Shown in pieces: positions 32,847-43,017 of a stretch of 64,000 nt of DNA (position 1 is its first letter; every line of letters starts with the position of its first letter). Below the pieces are notes generated by a model. The model searched no databases, had not been told where the DNA came from, and worked only from the letters and a program-made list of their open reading frames with translations. Source of the stretch: Candidatus Acidiferrum sp. (GTDB lineage: Bacteria > Acidobacteriota > Terriglobia > Acidiferrales > UBA7541); contig DATBBY010000089.1 in NCBI GenBank assembly GCA_036270765.1, positions 217-64,216 on the forward strand, read 5' to 3'. A program made the position numbers and the translations under genes.

Positions 32847-33485
32847 ATGCAAAGTACACTCGATATTGGTTCCCGAGTCTTGGAGCATCCTTTGGCCACG
32901 GAAGAGCAGGCTGGCCCACACGACTCCGATGTGAACTTTGTGAGGGCAGCCCAGCAGGGTGATACGGAAGCCTTCGGGCAGCTTTACAAGCGTTACGTCC
33001 GCATGGTGCACGGCATCTTGCTCGGCCGGGTGCGTCATGTGGAAGTCGAGGACTTGGTACAAGAAGTTTTCATCCGTGCGCTTCCTCGCGTACGTGAGTT
33101 GCGGGATACTTCGCGGTTTGGCTCATGGCTTGCTTCCATTGCGCGGAATCTCGCCGTCGACCATTACCGCCATGCACGAACAATGCCGGAAAGGGCCGAT
33201 GAGGTGTCCGACCCGGATGATCAACCTGCGAAGTTGAACGCCTCCTCAAACCGCGATGCCGCCGAGATTCTCGATTGCATACGCAATCTCCCCGAAGCGT
33301 ACCGGGAAACTTTAATTTTGCGGCTGGTGGAAGGTATGACGGGCCCGGAAATTGCCGCGAAGACTGGTCTCTCGCCAGGTTCCGTGCGCGTTAATCTTCA
33401 TCGCGGCATGTCTCAACTGCGACAGAAATTAGCGCGCGGCGAATTACGGAATGCGAGTGACAGCAGAAACCGGACGATGGTCTGA
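32847..33485 (+). CDS. ECF sigma-70 factor
   Basis: EDLVQEVF, FGSWLASIARN, LPEAYRE and EIA..GLSPGSVRVNLHRG motifs. Confidence 0.95.
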   Translation: MQSTLDIGSRVLEHPLATEEQAGPHDSDVNFVRAAQQGDTEAFGQLYKRYVRMVHGILLGRVRHVEVEDLVQEVFIRALPRVRELRDTSRFGSWLASIARNLAVDHYRHARTMPERADEVSDPDDQPAKLNASSNRDAAEILDCIRNLPEAYRETLILRLVEGMTGPEIAAKTGLSPGSVRVNLHRGMSQLRQKLARGELRNASDSRNRTMV

Positions 33486-33486
33486 T

Positions 33487-34584
33487 ATGAGCGAACGATT
33501 AAAAAAAGCAACCGAGCACAATCAATACCTCTGGGACGGCAGCGGCCAACCCGACACTGAAATTCAGCGTTTGGAGCGAGCCCTAGAGAAGTTCCGCGCT
33601 CCAAGTTTTGCACCTCTGGCGTTGCCAATGATCGATTACGCGCCGCGACGTTCCTCATGGTGGCTAAAGATTTCTTCGCACAACTGGATCCCAAGGTTCG
33701 CGGCCACGACCTTGACCGTGGCCGCTCTTACCATAGCGCTGCTGCTTTCCTTGCGCGAATCTACACCTCCAGGCAGCAACCAGGGCTGGAGTGTCGAGGT
33801 CACGGAAGCACAAGCAGCGCCTTCGCTCACGGCCGCCAGGCCGAAAATGCAGATGCAAATCGGGGAAGCGTTTGAGACGAACCGTATTTCCAAGGCCAAC
33901 ATCTCCGTGGCCGATATCGGCCGCCTTGAACTTGAGCCTATGACGCGTTTGCGTTTACTGCAATCCGCGCTAGGACGGAAACGGATCGCCCTTGATCGGG
34001 GAACGATTCATGTCGCCATTTGGGCTCCGCCGGGAGAATTTGTGGTGGACACCCCCTCCGCCGTCGCTGTCGACCTCGGTTGCATGTACACGTTGAGTGT
34101 CCAGGAAAACGGCAACGGCCTGCTACGCACGACGCTCGGGTGGGTCGGGTTCCAGAACAATGGACACGAATCCTTAATTCCCGCTGGCGCAGCGGCTGCA
34201 ACTTACGAAAAGTCTGGACCGGGATTGCCTTTCTTCGAAGATGCCTCCGACGAGTTCCGGTCAGCGGTCTCTCAGTTTGATTCTGCTAAAGAAGGATCGC
34301 CACAACGGTTCGCGGCACAACAAGTGATCCTGCGTGAGGCTCGACCGCGTGATGGGCTGACGCTCTGGCATCTGCTTTCGCGGGTAAGCGAAGTGGATCG
34401 GCAGACTGTGTTCGAACGATTGTCCCGGCTGATCCCTCCTCCCGCGGGAGTGACGCGTGAAGGCATTCTTCGCTTGGACCGCGCAATGCTTGACTCCTGG
34501 TGGAACGCTCTCGATCTTGGCGATATAGAACTCTGGCGCCACTGGGAGCGATCGTGGACGGGCCACGAGAGACAACAAGAGTAG
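33487..34584 (+). CDS. FecR-domain anti-sigma factor
   Basis: Single TM; IALDRGTIH..FVVDTPSAVAVDLGC FecR-like segment; directly follows the sigma gene. Confidence 0.8.
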   Translation: MSERLKKATEHNQYLWDGSGQPDTEIQRLERALEKFRAPSFAPLALPMIDYAPRRSSWWLKISSHNWIPRFAATTLTVAALTIALLLSLRESTPPGSNQGWSVEVTEAQAAPSLTAARPKMQMQIGEAFETNRISKANISVADIGRLELEPMTRLRLLQSALGRKRIALDRGTIHVAIWAPPGEFVVDTPSAVAVDLGCMYTLSVQENGNGLLRTTLGWVGFQNNGHESLIPAGAAAATYEKSGPGLPFFEDASDEFRSAVSQFDSAKEGSPQRFAAQQVILREARPRDGLTLWHLLSRVSEVDRQTVFERLSRLIPPPAGVTREGILRLDRAMLDSWWNALDLGDIELWRHWERSWTGHERQQE

Positions 34585-34615
34585 TTGTTAACAGCCGTGT
34601 GCCTTCGAACGTCTC
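34585..34615 (+). promoter_or_regulatory. ECF promoter, copy 2
   Basis: TTGTTAACA-N12-CGAACGTCTC upstream of 34652. Confidence 0.8.
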
Positions 34616-34651
34616 CTCAAGTGTTCTGCAATTTATCGCAAGGAGCTTGAT

Positions 34652-35344
34652 ATGAAAATCCAGAGTTCGAAATTGTTGCGACTACTAGCCGTTTCCACAG
34701 TGCTAATGTTCCTAGCCAAAGCGGTACTTGCCGGGCCCCCGCTCGTCTGTCACAGCTTTGACATTGGTTCAGCAAAATCCCTGCCGTGGGTCAGCCACAA
34801 CTGGAATTTGTCGGGCGCCGAAACCTACGATACGTCCAAACTGGCCTCCGACACCCTGGCGATTCTCGCGGCAGACCACACCGCCATCGTTCATATGGAA
34901 ACGTTACGACGCTCGGCCCTTTACGCGCGCACGAATCCGGCTGCCGCGAAAGAACTGCTTACCAAAATCACCATAGGCACAAAATCCGCAAATACCGAGG
35001 AAACGCGAGCACTCACTTACTTTGATACTGGCTACCTTGCCGAAGTGTACAAGCAATGGCTCGGGCCCGGTTCACAGAATCCGGCCATCGGCCTGGACGG
35101 TTACGCGCTCATTAAAGAAGCTATTCAGCTTCGCGGCAGCGACCCGCAAATGGAATTCGCAGCCGCCTTGATCACGCTATCCGGCCCAAGTGCGGAACAT
35201 GAGGCTCATACGCAGAGAGCGATTGCTGGTGCAAAGACTGATCCGCTCCTCGCTCGCAATCTCGCCAGCCGTTACAACGGAAACCAGAGCCCGACCATGG
35301 CCGAGATGTTGACGAAGACAACGGTTGCGGAGCGGCGGCAATGA
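34652..35344 (+). CDS. Secreted helical hypothetical protein
   Basis: Signal peptide followed by GPPLVCH; AAGGAG RBS. Confidence 0.8.
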   Translation: MKIQSSKLLRLLAVSTVLMFLAKAVLAGPPLVCHSFDIGSAKSLPWVSHNWNLSGAETYDTSKLASDTLAILAADHTAIVHMETLRRSALYARTNPAAAKELLTKITIGTKSANTEETRALTYFDTGYLAEVYKQWLGPGSQNPAIGLDGYALIKEAIQLRGSDPQMEFAAALITLSGPSAEHEAHTQRAIAGAKTDPLLARNLASRYNGNQSPTMAEMLTKTTVAERRQ

Positions 35345-36573
35345 ATCCGTCCCGACTTTGCAATTCGTGGGCCACCACGACTCGATTTGTGTTGCTAGGA
35401 ACCGCGCTACTGGTTGCGTTGTTCGGTCTTCCATTGCCACAAACGGCGCAGGCACAACAGTCGTCGGATTCGCGTTTGATCGTGCACGAATGGGGTACGT
35501 TCACATCGATTGCCGGGGACGACGGGAACGCTCTCTTGTGGCTTCCCATACCGACAAAATCGGACCTGCCGACTTTTGTGGAGCACTTTCGGAACAACAA
35601 TGTGAAGGGCGGCCTGCGCGGTACAGTGCGAATGGAAACGCCGGTCATCTATTTCTATTCACCCCGGCAAGTCACGGTTGCGGCCCAAGTGAGTTTTTCC
35701 TCGGGCCTGATCACCGAGTGGTTTCCGCACGCAAGTCAGGTTCAGCCTGCGGATTCTCAACCGTTTCTGTTCGAGCCACAAACTACGGGCAGTATCCATT
35801 GGGATGCCATCACCGTTTTGCCGACACCAAACGCGACTTTGCATCACGAGAGCGCGTCCAGCCACTACTATGCGGCACGCGAAACATCGGCCAACATCGT
35901 CTCGGTTCAGACTTCAGCGGACCGCCAACTGGAGAAATTTCTTTTCTACCGCGGAGTCTCGCTGGTTGCTGCGCCGCTATCGGCGACCGTGCTAGCTGGT
36001 GGCCAGCTACAGCTCAAGAACAATGCCGGCGAGGGCACGACGATTATTCTCTTTGAACGGCGCGGCGATAAGCTCGGCTATCACGTCTCATCACTCGACG
36101 GAGACGCTATCGTGGAGACGCCCTCGACCAGTGGCACGCTTGATTCTCTTTACTCCGATTTTGAAGACACGCTCGTCGCGCAAGGTCTATACCGCGACGA
36201 AGCTCGCGCCATGCTGGAAACCTGGCGCGATTCTTGGTTCGGAGAAGGCAGTCGACTGTTCTACATCGTTCCACGCCGATTCGTCGACACGGTCCTGCCG
36301 CTCTCAATACGTCCGGCACCCACGCGGCTTATCCGCGTATTTGTAGGTCGCATGGAGTTGATCACTCCAGCCACCGAAAACGCAGTTGAAGCCGCTCTTC
36401 TTTCCGGCGATCACCAAACGCTGGAAAAATATGGCCGTTTTGTCGATCCTATTGTCGACACTATGGTCACAAGGCACGCCGATCCAACCCAGGGCGAACG
36501 CTTACGTCAGGCTGTCAATGCCTACCATCGATGGCGATTCGCGGCGTCTGGTGCGTCGTCCAATATCCCGTAA
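35341..36573 (+). CDS. Secreted hypothetical protein of the VHEWGTF/METPVIYFY type
   Basis: Signal peptide; VHEWGTFTS, METPVIYFY, EKFLFYRG, GLYRDEA and RVFVGR motifs; ATGA overlap. Confidence 0.8.
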   Translation: MNPSRLCNSWATTTRFVLLGTALLVALFGLPLPQTAQAQQSSDSRLIVHEWGTFTSIAGDDGNALLWLPIPTKSDLPTFVEHFRNNNVKGGLRGTVRMETPVIYFYSPRQVTVAAQVSFSSGLITEWFPHASQVQPADSQPFLFEPQTTGSIHWDAITVLPTPNATLHHESASSHYYAARETSANIVSVQTSADRQLEKFLFYRGVSLVAAPLSATVLAGGQLQLKNNAGEGTTIILFERRGDKLGYHVSSLDGDAIVETPSTSGTLDSLYSDFEDTLVAQGLYRDEARAMLETWRDSWFGEGSRLFYIVPRRFVDTVLPLSIRPAPTRLIRVFVGRMELITPATENAVEAALLSGDHQTLEKYGRFVDPIVDTMVTRHADPTQGERLRQAVNAYHRWRFAASGASSNIP

Positions 36574-36625
36574 CGCGAAGCAGCGCTGAGCGCTGATTGG
36601 TTGTAAACGGAAATGCCCCGCCACG

Positions 36626-38071
36626 TTAGTTGTCGGTGTCGCTGTTTTTGTCGCGGCGTGTGCGGAGGCGCTGGATAAAGCGAATTGGGGTGCCGACGAA
36701 ATCAAATTTCGCGCGGATTTGATTTTCGAGGAAGCGCTCATAACTGAAGTGCAACGGGTTTTTCTGGTTGGTGAACATCAGGAAGGTCGGCGGAGCGATT
36801 TTAGCTTGCGTGATGTAGTAGATGCGTACCGGCCTGGCTTTCGGAGTAGTACCGCGCTGCAGATCAACTTCTTCCTTGAGCCAACGATTCAGCTCCGGAG
36901 TGGAAATCTTGCGGCGGCGCGCGTTCCAACATTGATTGATGAGCGGCCACAATTTTTCGACACGCTCGCCGGTGCCGGCCGAGAGAAAAACGATAGGCGC
37001 GTAGCTGAGAAATTTTAATTTGCCGCGAATCATCTTTTCGTATTCGAAGAGCAAGCGCCCAACCTCGAAGTCCTCAGGCCTGTGTTGCTCGCCGGGATTT
37101 CTGCGGGATTTGCCTTTGGCGCTCGCGGCGTCGCGGGCTTCCGCGTCGCGCGCCGCTTTCACCGCCAAATCCCACTTGTTAATTACGATCACCACCGAAC
37201 GGTTGGATTGCTCCGCGTAATTGGCAATCTGCGCGTCGCCCTGAGTCACGCCTTGTTCGCCGTCGACGATCAGCAGTGCGACGTCGCAGCGCTCCAATCC
37301 TCGGCGCGCCATCACCACGCTAAGCTTTTCGGCTACCAGCGTGGTTTTTCCTTTTCGCCGGATGCCCGCGGTATCCACGAAGCGGTAAGTGTGATCTTCG
37401 CGGACCACTTCAGTGTCCACGTTGTCCATTGTCGTTCCCGGAATCGGAGACACGATGGAGCGTTCCTCGCCCGCCAGGCGATTCAGCAGCGTGGATTTGC
37501 CCACGTTGGGCCGGCCGATAATCGCGACTTCGATTACGTCAGGGCGCTTTTCTTCCTCGATTGACTCGACCACTTCCACTTGCGCCAGCGCGGCGTCTAA
37601 CAAATCGTCAATTCCGGTGCCGTGCTCCGCCGCGATGGGAAACACCGGCACGCCCATGGAATGAAAGCTGGCAACATTTGCTTCCTGCGAACGCGCGTCC
37701 ACTTTGTTGGCCGCAATCACGAATGGTTTGCCGGTAGTGCGCAGCAGCAGCGCCAGCTCCTGGTCCAGCGGCGTAATCCCCGCATGTGTGTCGACCACCA
37801 AGACAAGCAAAGCCGCGTTATCGATCGCCACGCGCGCCTGCCGCAAAATCTCCTGGGGGATCAGCGCTTTGTCGTCGGGAAGGAGGCCGCCGGTATCTAC
37901 AATTTCGAGCGCTCGCCCGCGCCAATCCGCTTTGCCATAGATGCGATCACGAGTGATGCCCGGCTCATCGGTGACAATCGCGCGCCGCGTGCCGGTCAAG
38001 CGATTAAACAACGTGGATTTGCCCACATTGGGGCGCCCCACAATTACAAGCGATGGTAAATTTTGTGCCAT
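36626..38071 (-). CDS. der: Ribosome biogenesis GTPase Der
   Basis: Two GRPNVGKSTL G-domains, DTGG/DTAG, NKVD/NKWD and a KH-like C-terminus. Confidence 0.97.
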   Translation of the reverse strand: MAQNLPSLVIVGRPNVGKSTLFNRLTGTRRAIVTDEPGITRDRIYGKADWRGRALEIVDTGGLLPDDKALIPQEILRQARVAIDNAALLVLVVDTHAGITPLDQELALLLRTTGKPFVIAANKVDARSQEANVASFHSMGVPVFPIAAEHGTGIDDLLDAALAQVEVVESIEEEKRPDVIEVAIIGRPNVGKSTLLNRLAGEERSIVSPIPGTTMDNVDTEVVREDHTYRFVDTAGIRRKGKTTLVAEKLSVVMARRGLERCDVALLIVDGEQGVTQGDAQIANYAEQSNRSVVIVINKWDLAVKAARDAEARDAASAKGKSRRNPGEQHRPEDFEVGRLLFEYEKMIRGKLKFLSYAPIVFLSAGTGERVEKLWPLINQCWNARRRKISTPELNRWLKEEVDLQRGTTPKARPVRIYYITQAKIAPPTFLMFTNQKNPLHFSYERFLENQIRAKFDFVGTPIRFIQRLRTRRDKNSDTDN

Positions 38072-38261
38072 GAATAATTTTGTGCCACGAAACTTTGCGC
38101 TATGAAAAGGGTTCGCGGGCCATTCGTGTGAATTTGGCGCGCGCGCTCAGGTGGCGCACCGATCGCGTAATACCGCAGCAGGACGTTCCACAACTGTACC
38201 GCATCGTGGCTTCGGTCCAAAGTCAGCGAGTTGCAGTTCACCCAAAAATGAGACCTGCAAA

Positions 38262-38594
38262 TTATCGCGTCGTGGGAAGTAAATGACGCGTGCTTGCCGT
38301 TAACAAAATAAAGGGCACTGCGACCATGAGCAGCAAGAAGGCCAGCACTGCCCAGCTCCATGGGTTTCCGAAATTTAAGGTGTAGCCAATACGGAAGCGC
38401 TTGGGCACCAGCAGCGCCGGATCATTCGGGTTGGTGTAAAACGATCCTTTCCAGGCGTCTTCAGGTGGCCGCTGACCGGTGCGGCCCAATCCCAACAGCA
38501 GCAAGCTAAATGTTCCGACCGCCGCGATCGGAGCAAAAATAATCCAATAGAAAGAGGGAGCAGGCTGGGGCATGGGTTCCTCCGCCGCAGCCAT
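38262..38594 (-). CDS. DUF5808-like small membrane protein
   Basis: WKGSFYTNPNDPALLVPKRFRIGYTLNFGNP. Confidence 0.8.
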   Translation of the reverse strand: MAAAEEPMPQPAPSFYWIIFAPIAAVGTFSLLLLGLGRTGQRPPEDAWKGSFYTNPNDPALLVPKRFRIGYTLNFGNPWSWAVLAFLLLMVAVPFILLTASTRHLLPTTR

Positions 38595-38737
38595 TGTAGC
38601 CGCAAAGATTAAATTTGCCAGCCCATCTCGAGCTTCCCGCCAGGGACGCAGATTTGACGGCTAACAATATCGAGGATAAAGTTTTGTTAATTGAAGCGTG
38701 CGAATCTTGAAGCGCGGCACATTGGAGAAGGTCAACT

Positions 38738-39010
38738 ATGCCCAAGTTTGTTATCGAGCGGGAAATGCCAAATGTCGGCAATCTGTCGGACAGCGAGTTT
38801 TGTGCTGCGGCACAGAAATCGATCCAGGCTCTCCGGGACATTGGCCCACAGATACAATGGCTGCACAGTTACGTCACCGGCAACAAGATTTACTGCGTTT
38901 ATCTGGCTCCCGACGAAGCCACTATCAAAAACCACGCGAACAAAGCTGGTATTCCCGCCAACCGCGTCTCCGCAGTGCGCAGGATGATTGATCCGACCAC
39001 CGCCGAGTAA
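38738..39010 (+). CDS. DUF4242 family protein
   Basis: MPKFVIERE..IQWLHSYVT..KIYCVYLAPDE..PANRVS. Confidence 0.88.
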   Translation: MPKFVIEREMPNVGNLSDSEFCAAAQKSIQALRDIGPQIQWLHSYVTGNKIYCVYLAPDEATIKNHANKAGIPANRVSAVRRMIDPTTAE

Positions 39011-39091
39011 TTAACCCGGACGCGAATTTTCTGATCCGTCCGTCGCGACGCCCGAATAGTTACCAAAGAAGCTGCAATTTTCCCGGACTAA

Positions 39092-42000
39092 TCAACTAAA
39101 CGATAAGGCTTCTTGGGTTGCTTTGTCGGTCGACATCGTCCAGCCATCCATCCATGCGGCTGCCGCTTTAGCCGGAGAGATGGATTGCCGAGCCAGGTCC
39201 AAAGTTTTTTCGAGGCGCATCTGTTCCGCCACGGGCAACGGCGCGCCTAGAACACGGCGCATCGCCGCAGCCGATCCTGCCAAACGCAACGCGCGCTCGG
39301 GTTGAGACTGCAGCGCCGCGGAACAGGCCAGGCAATCGAGAAGCCGCGCCATGCCCCGTTTCTGCCCCAGCTCCCGAAAAAGTTTCATACTTTCCGCGTA
39401 GTGTGAACGGGACTTTTTTTCGTCACCTTCGTCACGAGCCAGGTTTCCCAGGTCCGCCAGGCATCCAGCGACACCCCATTTGTCGCCCAGCTTCCTGAAT
39501 ATCTTTAGACTCTGCTCATACAACTCGCGTGCTACCGAAATCTCCCCCTGCTCCTGGGCCACGTCGCCCTGGTAATTGAGCGACCACGCTATGCAGGTGC
39601 TATCGCCCAGCTCCTCAAAAATCACCCGTGACTCTTCATGTAGCGCGCGAGCGACGGAAAAATCGCGCTGGGACTTCATCGCACTGGCCAGATTGCTGAG
39701 CCCGCGCGCCACCATAGCGCGATCATCCAAGCCACGCCAGATTGCCAGGCTCTCTTCAAACAAGGACCTGGCCGTCGCGATTTCCCCTTCATCACGGCTA
39801 TTAGCAGCCAGAGCGTTCAAGGCAATCCCTACGCCGCGGGTGTCATTCAACTCCCGAGAAATTTGCAGGCTCTCCTCCATCAGCGCGTGCGCCGCCCGGT
39901 GATCGCGCTGTTCGCTGGCCAATACTCCGGCGGCGAAAAGGGCTCGGGCGCGCGAACTGGAAGTTCCCGCAGTTCTGGGCAATTTGAGAAGTTTTTCAAG
40001 GCGGCCGCGGCCTTCCGTCAAATGCTCACGCGTCTCCCAGAACTGGAACAGCGCCGCTCCCAAGCGTAGTCCCCACTCCGCGTTTCCGCTGCGCGTCAAC
40101 CAATCGAGCGCGGCGCGACAATTGTTGTGCTCCACCTCCAGCAAACTCAACCACTCCGTGCTTGTTGGATCGGCGGCTTGCGCCGCGCATTCTTCGGCCA
40201 GTACCAGGCAATACGCCGCATGCGCCTTTCTTATCCCGGATTCCTCGCCACTGGCAGCCAATCGCTCCAGTCCGTACTCACGAACGGTGTCCAGTAACGC
40301 GAACCGCGGCTCGCCCGCGGATTGCTCAACCTGCCGAACCAGGCTGTTGTTGACCAGCGATCCCATGCCGTCCAGCACATCTATCTGAAGATCCTGCTTG
40401 GTATTGCAGACGGCCTCAACCCCCTCTAGAGTGCATCCGCCGACAAAAACGGAAAGTCTCCGGAACAGGGTCTGCTCGGCCGGACTGAGCAGGTCATAGC
40501 TCCAGTCCATGGTTGCGCGAAGAGTCTGCTGTCGTATCGGCAGATCTTTCGCCCCACCGGTAAGAAGCTGCAGGGAACTTTCCAGTCGCGACTGCATCGC
40601 AGATGGCGAGAGTAACTTGATACGTGCGGCGGCTAACTCGATCGCCAGAGGCAAGCCATCCAACCGGGTGCAAATAGTCGCGACGGCTCGCGCATTTTCA
40701 TCGGTGAGTTCAAAATTTGGCTTAATGGCAACTGCGCGCGCCATGAATAATGCGATGGTGGAATTCTGCAAAAGAATACTAGGCGATGTGCCGTGTTGCA
40801 GATCCGGCAACGCCAGCGTAGGCACCGGGAATTCAAATTCGCCGTAGATATGCAACGGGGCTCGGCTGGTCACGAGAGCGCGTAACTTTTGAGCGGCGGT
40901 AATCAATTCCGACACCAGCGGCGCTGCCGTCAGCAAGTGTTCGAAATTGTCGAAGACCAGCAATAGGTTGGAGCGGGAGTCCTGCAGATATTCCTTCAGG
41001 CTTTGAACGCTCACCGGGCGGCCCGTTTCCCTTATTCCACATCCTTGCGCGATGATCGAGGGAATGAGCGATGCATCGCTAACCGCCGCCAGTGGAATAA
41101 AACATATTCCGCCGTCGAAACGTTCGCGTAGTTCACTGGCGACCTGCAGCGCCAACCGGGTTTTTCCTATTCCGCCGGGTCCAGTCAGCGTGACCACCCG
41201 GACATCCTCGCGCAACAGTAATTCTTTCACCGCGGCCACTTCTCGCTCGCGGCCGATAAACGCCGTGGCCTGACTGGGCAATGTGTTGACGCGAGGCGCC
41301 AGATATCGTGAAGGCGCTTCGGGAAGCCGGTCGCGAATCGCCGCCAGATCTCTTGCCAGGTCGTGGGTAGAGTCGTAGCGATCTTTGGGACTTTTTGCCA
41401 GGCATCGCTCTATAACCCAGCAAAGTGGCGCGGGTGCCTGTGGATTTAACGATGCTGCTGCTTCAGGCTGATCGCGCAGGACCGCTGCGAGAATCTCACC
41501 GGCGCCCTGATGGGGGAACGCGCGTTTTCCGGTCACCATCTCATAGAGCAATGAACCGAGCGAAAACTGGTCGGAACGGAAATCCAACGGCAGACCGTTG
41601 GCTTGCTCCGGCGACATGTACGGCAGTGTGCCCAGAATCGCGCCCGGGTTGGTTTCCGAGGTGCTGATGGTCTCAAGATCCGGCGGCAACAGATTAGTGT
41701 CCGTATCCCTGCTGACTAGCTTAGCGAGACCAAAATCCAGGATTTTTACCAGGCCGTCATGGGAAATCATAACGTTCTCAGGTTTCAGGTCTCGATGCAT
41801 TACGCCCGCCGCATGTGCTTTTGCAAGTCCATCGACAATTTGCGCCGCAATGCGCATGACCGTTTGCAAGGGAATGGCCCCGGCTCGCAACATATCGCGC
41901 AACAACTGGCCCTCGACCAGTTCCATCGCGATGTAATACGTACTGTCAACTTGTCCTAACTCGAAGATGGTCACGATATTGGGGTGATTGAGTGCGGAGG

Positions 42001-42253
42001 CCGACTCAGCTTCTCGCTCAAAACGCTTAACGTCCAATTTGTTGTCCGAGAGTTTGCGGGCCAGGACTTTTATGGCCAGTTCACGTCCCAGCCGGGGGTC
42101 ACGCGCGCGGTAAACCTCGCCCATGCCGCCTGAGCCTAGCGGGCCAAGGATTTCATAGCGGCCGAAATGTGAACCGGCAGGAAGCCTCAGCAATTCATTC
42201 CGGGGCTTCACGACCCCTTCCGGTGCCTCGTCCATCGAGTTACTGATTTCCAT
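39092..42253 (-). CDS. Ser/Thr kinase-STAND (NB-ARC-like) ATPase-TPR protein
   Basis: Kinase motifs HRDLKPEN/DFG; Walker A GPGGIGKT; Walker B LLVFDNFEH; GLPLAIELAAAR; C-terminal TPRs. Confidence 0.93.
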   Translation of the reverse strand: MEISNSMDEAPEGVVKPRNELLRLPAGSHFGRYEILGPLGSGGMGEVYRARDPRLGRELAIKVLARKLSDNKLDVKRFEREAESASALNHPNIVTIFELGQVDSTYYIAMELVEGQLLRDMLRAGAIPLQTVMRIAAQIVDGLAKAHAAGVMHRDLKPENVMISHDGLVKILDFGLAKLVSRDTDTNLLPPDLETISTSETNPGAILGTLPYMSPEQANGLPLDFRSDQFSLGSLLYEMVTGKRAFPHQGAGEILAAVLRDQPEAAASLNPQAPAPLCWVIERCLAKSPKDRYDSTHDLARDLAAIRDRLPEAPSRYLAPRVNTLPSQATAFIGREREVAAVKELLLREDVRVVTLTGPGGIGKTRLALQVASELRERFDGGICFIPLAAVSDASLIPSIIAQGCGIRETGRPVSVQSLKEYLQDSRSNLLLVFDNFEHLLTAAPLVSELITAAQKLRALVTSRAPLHIYGEFEFPVPTLALPDLQHGTSPSILLQNSTIALFMARAVAIKPNFELTDENARAVATICTRLDGLPLAIELAAARIKLLSPSAMQSRLESSLQLLTGGAKDLPIRQQTLRATMDWSYDLLSPAEQTLFRRLSVFVGGCTLEGVEAVCNTKQDLQIDVLDGMGSLVNNSLVRQVEQSAGEPRFALLDTVREYGLERLAASGEESGIRKAHAAYCLVLAEECAAQAADPTSTEWLSLLEVEHNNCRAALDWLTRSGNAEWGLRLGAALFQFWETREHLTEGRGRLEKLLKLPRTAGTSSSRARALFAAGVLASEQRDHRAAHALMEESLQISRELNDTRGVGIALNALAANSRDEGEIATARSLFEESLAIWRGLDDRAMVARGLSNLASAMKSQRDFSVARALHEESRVIFEELGDSTCIAWSLNYQGDVAQEQGEISVARELYEQSLKIFRKLGDKWGVAGCLADLGNLARDEGDEKKSRSHYAESMKLFRELGQKRGMARLLDCLACSAALQSQPERALRLAGSAAAMRRVLGAPLPVAEQMRLEKTLDLARQSISPAKAAAAWMDGWTMSTDKATQEALSFS

Positions 42254-42316
42254 TTGTGAATTTCGGGGCCGCGCATCTAATATCGATGCAGCATAACAAA
42301 TTTTTGGAGGCCGCCA

Positions 42317-42820
42317 TTGGATATTAGATCACTGCAAAAGCCGCTGAAGGAACAGTATCGTAGCGACCCCAATTCTTCGCGGATTACCATGACCGCTACC
42401 GGCTCGCAGACCGGTACACCCATGAGTTGTTCCGTGGATATTGGCCGCGCCATCTATCAAGCGGAAGCTCACAAGGGTGTCGGCGGCGCAGGTACGTCGG
42501 CATGTTCTGGCGACCTGCTGCTCGGCGCGCTAGCGGCGTGCGCACAGATCACTTGTCAGCTCGTCGCGACCGCGATGGGAGTACCCACCGAGCACGTAAA
42601 GGTGAGCGTCAGCGGCGACATGGACCTCCGCGGCACGCTGGGCCTTTCCAAGGAAGTGCCCGTGGGCTTTGAGGAAATTCGCGTGCGATTCGACATCGAT
42701 GCTCCGCAGGCTACTGCCGAACAAAGGAAAGCGCTGCAGGAAAAAACAGAACAATATTGCGTCGTTATGCAAACCTTGTTGCATCCGCCAAAAATAAAAA
42801 CCGAGTGGACCCGTTCCTAG
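42317..42820 (+). CDS. OsmC family protein
   Basis: CSGDLLLGALAAC, DLRGTLG and TEQYCVV motifs; TTG start with GGAGG RBS. Confidence 0.9.
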   Translation: MDIRSLQKPLKEQYRSDPNSSRITMTATGSQTGTPMSCSVDIGRAIYQAEAHKGVGGAGTSACSGDLLLGALAACAQITCQLVATAMGVPTEHVKVSVSGDMDLRGTLGLSKEVPVGFEEIRVRFDIDAPQATAEQRKALQEKTEQYCVVMQTLLHPPKIKTEWTRS

Positions 42821-43017
42821 CCGAGTTTCGCCTCAATTGCTAGGGATAATCTCAAACAATATTTAGAAAACTTATCTTGAACCTGCTTGACGCCCTCGCG
42901 GACGCGCGGGTAGTGTATTCGTACTTGTAAGACCTGATCACGGTACTTCTTCGAGGGAAGCCCGCAAATATTCGGGGGGGTGCGCTCGTGGTTTGTAAAC
43001 AAACTGAGGAGAATTCA

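Noticed and set aside
36598-36609. GGTTGTAAACG after the der stop, resembling the merR -35 region GGTTGTCAACG (22652)
   Set aside because: It would fit ancestral der-merR adjacency, but 10/11 nt is too short to call.
38080-38260. Possible small gene between the DUF5808-like gene and der
   Set aside because: Candidate ORFs overlap neighbouring genes and carry no recognisable motif.
42900-43017. Possible riboswitch in the TonB receptor leader
   Set aside because: Only two small hairpins; no cobalamin, TPP or c-di-GMP motifs recognised.
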